DNA of 56,755 nucleotides from a candidate division FCPU426 bacterium (GTDB lineage: Bacteria; Oederibacteriota; Muellerivitia; Muellerivitales; Muellerivitaceae): the NCBI GenBank assembly GCA_030038835.1, contig JASHQZ010000167.1:1-56755 (forward strand), written 5' to 3'. The notes under the pieces were generated by a model. The model made no database searches and was not told where the DNA came from. It was given only the letters and a program-made list of their open reading frames with translations. Every line of letters starts with the position of its first letter. The first letter of the stretch is position 1. A program made the position numbers and the translations under genes. Below, piece after piece: positions 52,199 through 56,755 of the stretch.

Positions 52199-53149
52199 TT
52201 GGCGAATTATTTTCACGGCCGGCAAAAGCTTCAAAAACAACCCCGACGCCCCGTCGGAATTTGGGGTGGCCTGACGGTCATCCTTTGGGCCTGCGGGAAA
52301 GCGTTGGGCCAAGGTAGCAGACCCAATCGGGGGCACAAACGCCTTTACGCCAGTTCCCTGGCTTTCAAAACCATCCTGGCCCTGGTGCCGGCTTTGGCCA
52401 TCCTCATGGCGGTCCTTTCCAGTGACGCCTTCGCCCAAAAAAGGGAACAACTGTTGGATCAAATTGTGGATGCCATTTATCCCGTCCAGACCCGGTCCAC
52501 GAACTCCATACTGGACCCCGATGAGCCCCAATACCTGGAACAATTGAACCAGCTGGGGAAACAACAAATCCGGATTTCCGTGAGGAGATTCGCACTTTAT
52601 TCAAAAAACGTTGGGTTGATCGGTTTTTTGGGGTTCCTTTTGATCGTCTTTTTCTTAATGCGGGACGTGGAACATTCCTTCAACTATCTTTGGGAAATTG
52701 AAAAACCGCGGCCTCTTTTGGCACAAATGATCCGCCACGCGACTTTTTTCATCGGATTGCCGTTGATGGGGCTTTTCCTCTTAACCCTAAGGGGCTGGGC
52801 CGGAAGCCTCAATGTCTTGCATCCGTCCTTCCGCCATTGGCTGTTCGCCACGGCCCTGCCTTTTTTGGCCCTGTGGGCGGCCTGCTCCTGGATGTACGCG
52901 TGGGTTCCCAATGCCAAGGTGGAAGCCCGGTCGGCCGCCTTGACGGGTCTGGTGGCGGCGATACTCCTGCAGACGGCCCGGTGGGGAATGAATTGGTACA
53001 CCTTGAAGGTATTCGAGAGAAGCCATGTTTACGGGGCTTTGTGGGTGTTTCCGGTGATCCTCATCTGGTTTTACCTGTCCTGGACCATCCTCTTGTTCGG
53101 CGCCGAAGTTACTTTTTTCGTCCAGCAGTACCGAACCCAAGGGGCTTAA
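52199..53149 (+). CDS. yihY: YihY/BrkB-family membrane protein
   Basis: LYASSLAFKTILALVPAL and YGALWVFPVILIWFYLSWTILLFGAEV motifs. TTG start 5 nt after GGAAGGA. Confidence 0.8.
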   Translation: MANYFHGRQKLQKQPRRPVGIWGGLTVILWACGKALGQGSRPNRGHKRLYASSLAFKTILALVPALAILMAVLSSDAFAQKREQLLDQIVDAIYPVQTRSTNSILDPDEPQYLEQLNQLGKQQIRISVRRFALYSKNVGLIGFLGFLLIVFFLMRDVEHSFNYLWEIEKPRPLLAQMIRHATFFIGLPLMGLFLLTLRGWAGSLNVLHPSFRHWLFATALPFLALWAACSWMYAWVPNAKVEARSAALTGLVAAILLQTARWGMNWYTLKVFERSHVYGALWVFPVILIWFYLSWTILLFGAEVTFFVQQYRTQGA

Positions 53150-53216
53150 CCCATCCCATCAGCGTTGGAATATTGAGGAAGGCACCGAAGGATATAAAGC
53201 GGTATATCATGGGGTC

Positions 53217-54701
53217 ATGATATTTCCCCGTAGGTTTTTTTTATGTAAAACACGCTCTCAGTTGGTCCTTCTTTGGGTCGGTTTGTGTTTAAACTCAACG
53301 GCTTTTGCCCAGAGCTCCGCCCCTTACCTGAAATCCGCCACCCTTTACCTCGCGGTCGACGGCTGGGCCGATATTTGGCTGAATGGCATCCCCATCCGGG
53401 AAAGCCAGCCCTCCACGCCCGCGTCCAAGGGCTTTCAAGTTGTCCAGTGCCTGCCGAAACACCTCTGCTATTTCCAAAACGATAATGTCCTGGCCATTGA
53501 AAACGCCAATGCCTATCACGACCCGCAACCGCTGAACGGCCAAATCGGATTGTCTTACATCCTGAGGCTGCGCTTTTCCGACGGGACACAGAGGGTCCTG
53601 TCCAGCAACGAAACGGCGGAGCATAAAGCCTGCTATCTTCCCAACCGGGAAAGCGAAGAACCTCCGGGTTGGCAAAAGCGGCCCTTTCGCGATGAAGCCT
53701 GGTTTACGCCTTCTGCCATTGGCTGGTCGATCCCGGCGGTGGCGCCGCTGACGGACCCTGAAACCGGCCAACCCATCCAATTTCTATCGGCTTCCGGGGA
53801 AACTTTTAAGGCCCAATACGAGGGTGAAAAGCACCTTTATCGGAGGGAATTTCAGCTAAACATCGCCCCCAATCCCCTTTGCGCCCAAGACCCGATGAAC
53901 ACCTTATCAGGGCGGCCGGACAAGGTTCCTCCACCCACGCCAACGGAAGTTTCCGTACCCCAACGGATTCCGTCCCCGCCCAGCTTTACGCCTTCACCAA
54001 CGGAAACTCCGTTGCCGGCGCCGGCCTTGGTTTGGAAATCAATCCTTGCGCCCACGGCCACCTTTACCTCATGGCCGGCATCCACTTGGACCACCAGCCC
54101 TCAGGACACACCCACTCCAGGTTGGAAGGCGATCGCCCCCCCGGCGCCAACCGAGACCTTTGGATTTGCTCCGGTTTGGACTCCGGTGCCACGTCCGATG
54201 CCCACTTTTTCCCCCCAACCGACGGTCCGGCTTCTTGTAGGGAAACAAAGGCGATTCCTGCCGACTCCCACGCCCATTCCTGGTTTTGAAGCCACCAGCC
54301 GGGCCGACCCTTTTAAAATGAGGGCACCAACTCTGGTACCGACGGTTACGACAACCCGCTCAACAACCGCTGTGGCCGACATGCCGGATGCGGCAAGTCC
54401 CCAAACCGTTGTTTTCCAAAGGACAACTGCTAATATTTACATTAGTTTCGCCGATGGGCCCGGAGTTTACCGGTTGGAAGTAGTGGATGGCACCGGCGCC
54501 CACTTGAGGAATTTATTTGATAAACGCGTTGTGGCGGAACAAGACGAATGGGTGGCATGGGACGGCAAAGACGATGGAGGGAAGGACCTGCCCCCGGGGC
54601 CCTATACTGTCCTCTACACGAAGGATGGGGAGAATCTCAATCATCTTGTACTTATTAAAACCGCACCGGGGCAAGGGGACTCCAAAGGGAATGGCTCTTG
54701 A
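53217..54701 (+). CDS. Secreted protein: N-terminal jelly-roll-like domain, P/T-rich linker of about 170 aa, C-terminal FlgD-Ig-like domain
   Basis: Signal peptide, then LAVDGWADIWLNGIPI, then a proline/threonine-rich region. C-terminus is VYRLEVVDGTG...WDGKDDGGKDLPPGPYTV. Confidence 0.55.
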   Translation: MIFPRRFFLCKTRSQLVLLWVGLCLNSTAFAQSSAPYLKSATLYLAVDGWADIWLNGIPIRESQPSTPASKGFQVVQCLPKHLCYFQNDNVLAIENANAYHDPQPLNGQIGLSYILRLRFSDGTQRVLSSNETAEHKACYLPNRESEEPPGWQKRPFRDEAWFTPSAIGWSIPAVAPLTDPETGQPIQFLSASGETFKAQYEGEKHLYRREFQLNIAPNPLCAQDPMNTLSGRPDKVPPPTPTEVSVPQRIPSPPSFTPSPTETPLPAPALVWKSILAPTATFTSWPASTWTTSPQDTPTPGWKAIAPPAPTETFGFAPVWTPVPRPMPTFSPQPTVRLLVGKQRRFLPTPTPIPGFEATSRADPFKMRAPTLVPTVTTTRSTTAVADMPDAASPQTVVFQRTTANIYISFADGPGVYRLEVVDGTGAHLRNLFDKRVVAEQDEWVAWDGKDDGGKDLPPGPYTVLYTKDGENLNHLVLIKTAPGQGDSKGNGS

Positions 54702-54712
54702 AGGGGCGCTGA

Positions 54713-54901
54713 ATGGAACAATTTTTTATGGGACTTTGCTTAGCCGTCTTGGGTTTTGGGATTTACCAGTTCTCCCGGATCTTTGGCTTGTACTCGGCCC
54801 AAAACGAAAAAGGCGCCCCGTGGCCTTACTTGGTCCTGTTTACCATCTCTTACGGCTTGATCGGCCTCGGCGCCATCATAATGGCCTTCAGTTTGATGTG
54901 A
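54713..54901 (+). CDS. Hypothetical small membrane protein (62 aa)
   Basis: Two hydrophobic segments. No other support. Confidence 0.35.
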   Translation: MEQFFMGLCLAVLGFGIYQFSRIFGLYSAQNEKGAPWPYLVLFTISYGLIGLGAIIMAFSLM

Positions 54902-54908
54902 GGGAAGC

Positions 54909-55607
54909 ATGAGAAATAGGATTTTAGTGGTGGGAGTGGGCGGTCTGGGCTGCCCCGCCGCTTTAGCCCTCGCCGAGGCGGGCGCGGAGAACCTGGGCCT
55001 AATGGACCCCGACCAGGTGGAACTTTCCAACCTGCACCGGCAGATCCTTTATTCCGAAAAGGACTTGGGGCGGTCCAAGGCCGAGGCCGCCGCAGACTAC
55101 CTCCGAAAACGTTACCGCCCCCTTCGTACGGTTCCCATTGTGGAAGCTTTGAACGCCCAAAACGCTGAAAAATTCATTTCAGCCTACGACCTCGTCATTG
55201 ACGGCCTGGATCGATTGGAAAAAAAGTTTTTTTTGAATGACTGGTGCGTCAAGATGGGGAAACCCTTCGTCCATGCCGGAGTAGTCCGATTCGAAGGGCA
55301 AGTCCTGCCGGTTCTTCCGGGCCAAACCGCCTGCTTACGTTGCCTGGTCCCCAAAATCCCCCCCCCGTTCGCCATGCCCACCTGCCAGGATGCGGGCGTT
55401 TTAGGTTCCTTTTCCCAGGCCATCGGTTATCTCCAGGCCCACGAGGCATTGCGCCTGTCCGAAAACCGGGGTCCTTTGCTGCTTTGGAAAGTCAATGCCC
55501 AGGAGAGGCAAGCGAGGTCGCTCATTTCCCGGCGCAATCCTGTCTGTGAAGCTTGCGGCCAAGGCCATGTTGAGAACGAAATGACCCGGCCCCTTTGCGC
55601 TTTCTAA
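54909..55607 (+). CDS. ThiF/MoeB/HesA-family E1-like adenylyltransferase (minimal N-terminus)
   Basis: ILVVGVGGLGCPAALALAEAG Gly-rich loop, DPDQVELSNLHRQ, ACLRC and CEAC zinc motifs. An in-frame TGA at 54894-54896 prevents any longer N-terminus. Confidence 0.85.
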   Translation: MRNRILVVGVGGLGCPAALALAEAGAENLGLMDPDQVELSNLHRQILYSEKDLGRSKAEAAADYLRKRYRPLRTVPIVEALNAQNAEKFISAYDLVIDGLDRLEKKFFLNDWCVKMGKPFVHAGVVRFEGQVLPVLPGQTACLRCLVPKIPPPFAMPTCQDAGVLGSFSQAIGYLQAHEALRLSENRGPLLLWKVNAQERQARSLISRRNPVCEACGQGHVENEMTRPLCAF

Positions 55608-55685
55608 CACCTCAAAAGTGTTTGATTCCCGACCGCCTTTAATGCTGGATTCCTGCAATAGGTTTAATCAAAAATCTTGAAAATA

Positions 55686-56755
55686 AGGGACTTATATACT
55701 TCACTCCCTTTTTCCTTATTTCCGTTGCTTGGCCTTTTTCTTTCTCTTTTTTGGATTCGGTTTGTAGGCCAAAACCTTGTCCAAAAGTGCGTCAAATTCC
55801 TTTTTCTTCTTCAAGCTGTCTCCCTGTGTTCCTCTTTTCCAATAAGGCGCTTATAGGTTAGCCGCTTGCCAGTGGAGCGATCAATGAGGCTTTCAATCCG
55901 TTCCAGCCTAGGACGTTCTACGTTGCCTTCGTTGAGCCTAAATGTGAACTCATTGACGTATCGGGCTAAATGCTTGCGGTCTACATGGTGATAGACCCCA
56001 TTTAAACCCCGCTTCATAACAGCCCAAACGCTTTCAATGCTGTTTGTGGTTACTTGACCCCGGACATATTCCTTGTGGCTATGATTCACGCTTTCGTGCT
56101 TGTAAACGCCATCTAAGGGGTTGTAGCCGTGGTTGTCGTCAGTATTGATAGTGCTACCTTCCTTGACGTTACAAGCCACGGTTTCAGACAGAATGACACT
56201 ATTGACGGCCTTAATCGGCATGGCCTTAGTTCTTCCACCCCGTTCACGCATACCAAGGACAGGTGTTTTGGTGATGGTGCTTTTGCCCCTGTTGCCAGGA
56301 ATGCGCTTATCGGCGTGTTTGTTTTCTTCCTTGCCGCCAACGTAGGTTTCGTCAATCTCCACTATGCCGCTTAACTGGGAAAAATCATGTCCACAAGCCT
56401 CGCGGATACGGCCTAGCAGAAACCAAGCGGTCTTTTGAGTTACGCCGATCTCTTTGGAAAGCTGAATCGAGGAAATGCCCTTCCTGGCCGTGACCAAGAG
56501 GTACATGGCATAAAGCCATTTGTGCAAAGGAACATGGCTTTTCTCAAAGACCGTACCAGTTCTAACGGTGAAGTCCTCAATGCAATAGTTACATCGATAG
56601 AAGCCGTCTTTTCTCACGGTGATCTTATCGCCCTTTTTGCAATATGGGCAAACAGGGCCGTTAGGCCAAAGGCGTTTCTCAATGTAAACTCTGGCCGTCT
56701 CTTGGTCTGGAAACATTTCGAAAAGCTTGAGGGTGTTTAATTTCTCATTTTTCAT
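55686..56755 (-). mobile_element. IS1595-family insertion sequence, truncated by the window edge; the inner boundary is approximate
   Basis: It contains the transposase gene. GC drops to about 47% (28 of 60 at 56101-56160). A hairpin AAGGGA/TCCCTT (55685-55710) lies downstream of the transposase on the minus strand. Terminal repeats cannot be defined because the other end is outside the window. Confidence 0.55.
55811..56755 (-). CDS. IS1595-family (ISXO2-like) transposase
   Basis: N-terminal zinc ribbon CPYCKK...YRCNYC, an HTH (ISSIQLSKEIGVTQKTAWFLLGRI) and a DDE-type domain (VEIDETYVGG...). The ATG is the last three bases of the window. Confidence 0.9.
   Translation of the reverse strand: MKNEKLNTLKLFEMFPDQETARVYIEKRLWPNGPVCPYCKKGDKITVRKDGFYRCNYCIEDFTVRTGTVFEKSHVPLHKWLYAMYLLVTARKGISSIQLSKEIGVTQKTAWFLLGRIREACGHDFSQLSGIVEIDETYVGGKEENKHADKRIPGNRGKSTITKTPVLGMRERGGRTKAMPIKAVNSVILSETVACNVKEGSTINTDDNHGYNPLDGVYKHESVNHSHKEYVRGQVTTNSIESVWAVMKRGLNGVYHHVDRKHLARYVNEFTFRLNEGNVERPRLERIESLIDRSTGKRLTYKRLIGKEEHRETA

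Noticed and set aside
55716-55814. A 32-codon Lys/Arg-rich ORF (TTG start overlapping the transposase TGA) downstream of the IS1595 transposase.
   Set aside because: It is too short and low-complexity to support as a gene. It could be a frameshifted C-terminal remnant or IS-internal non-coding sequence.

Overview
This 56.8 kb window is a chromosomal segment of a diderm-type bacterium. All family calls come from motifs read by eye. No searches were run. GC content, from hand counts of single 60-nt lines, is about 58-65% in core genes and 28-48% in a few sub-regions. Most of the window is housekeeping. It holds tRNA-Gly/Cys, rmlB-A-C next to a DUF4301-like gene, ppa, tRNA-Val and thrS. Next come infC (AUU start), rpmI, rplT, a TrmH-family gene and pheS. 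Further on lie mreBCD-mrdA-rodA, two aminotransferases, hom-thrC-lysC-cimA-murI, fur and greA. Three regions are accessory or unusual. (1) A Tad/Flp pilus locus spans 12.8-22.1 kb on the minus strand. It has two tandem Flp pilin genes below the ORF-track size cutoff and a TadZ-like::CpaF fusion ATPase. A DUF192 gene sits on the opposite strand inside it, and no tadB, tadC or prepilin peptidase is present. (2) A sulfur-carrier neighbourhood starts with a textbook SAM-I riboswitch (promoter, aptamer, antiterminator, terminator) in front of a second, zinc-ribbon ThrC paralog. About 3.4 kb downstream is an operon of a CysO-like carrier (GG plus a 7-residue tail), a NIL-domain protein, a degenerate E1-like protein and a cysteine synthase. 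A canonical but N-terminally minimal ThiF/MoeB E1 lies 6 kb further on. (3) A small ORF and an XRE regulator are each preceded by the same 24-25 nt box. An IS1595-family transposase gene runs to the right edge of the window. No CRISPR array or rRNA gene was seen.
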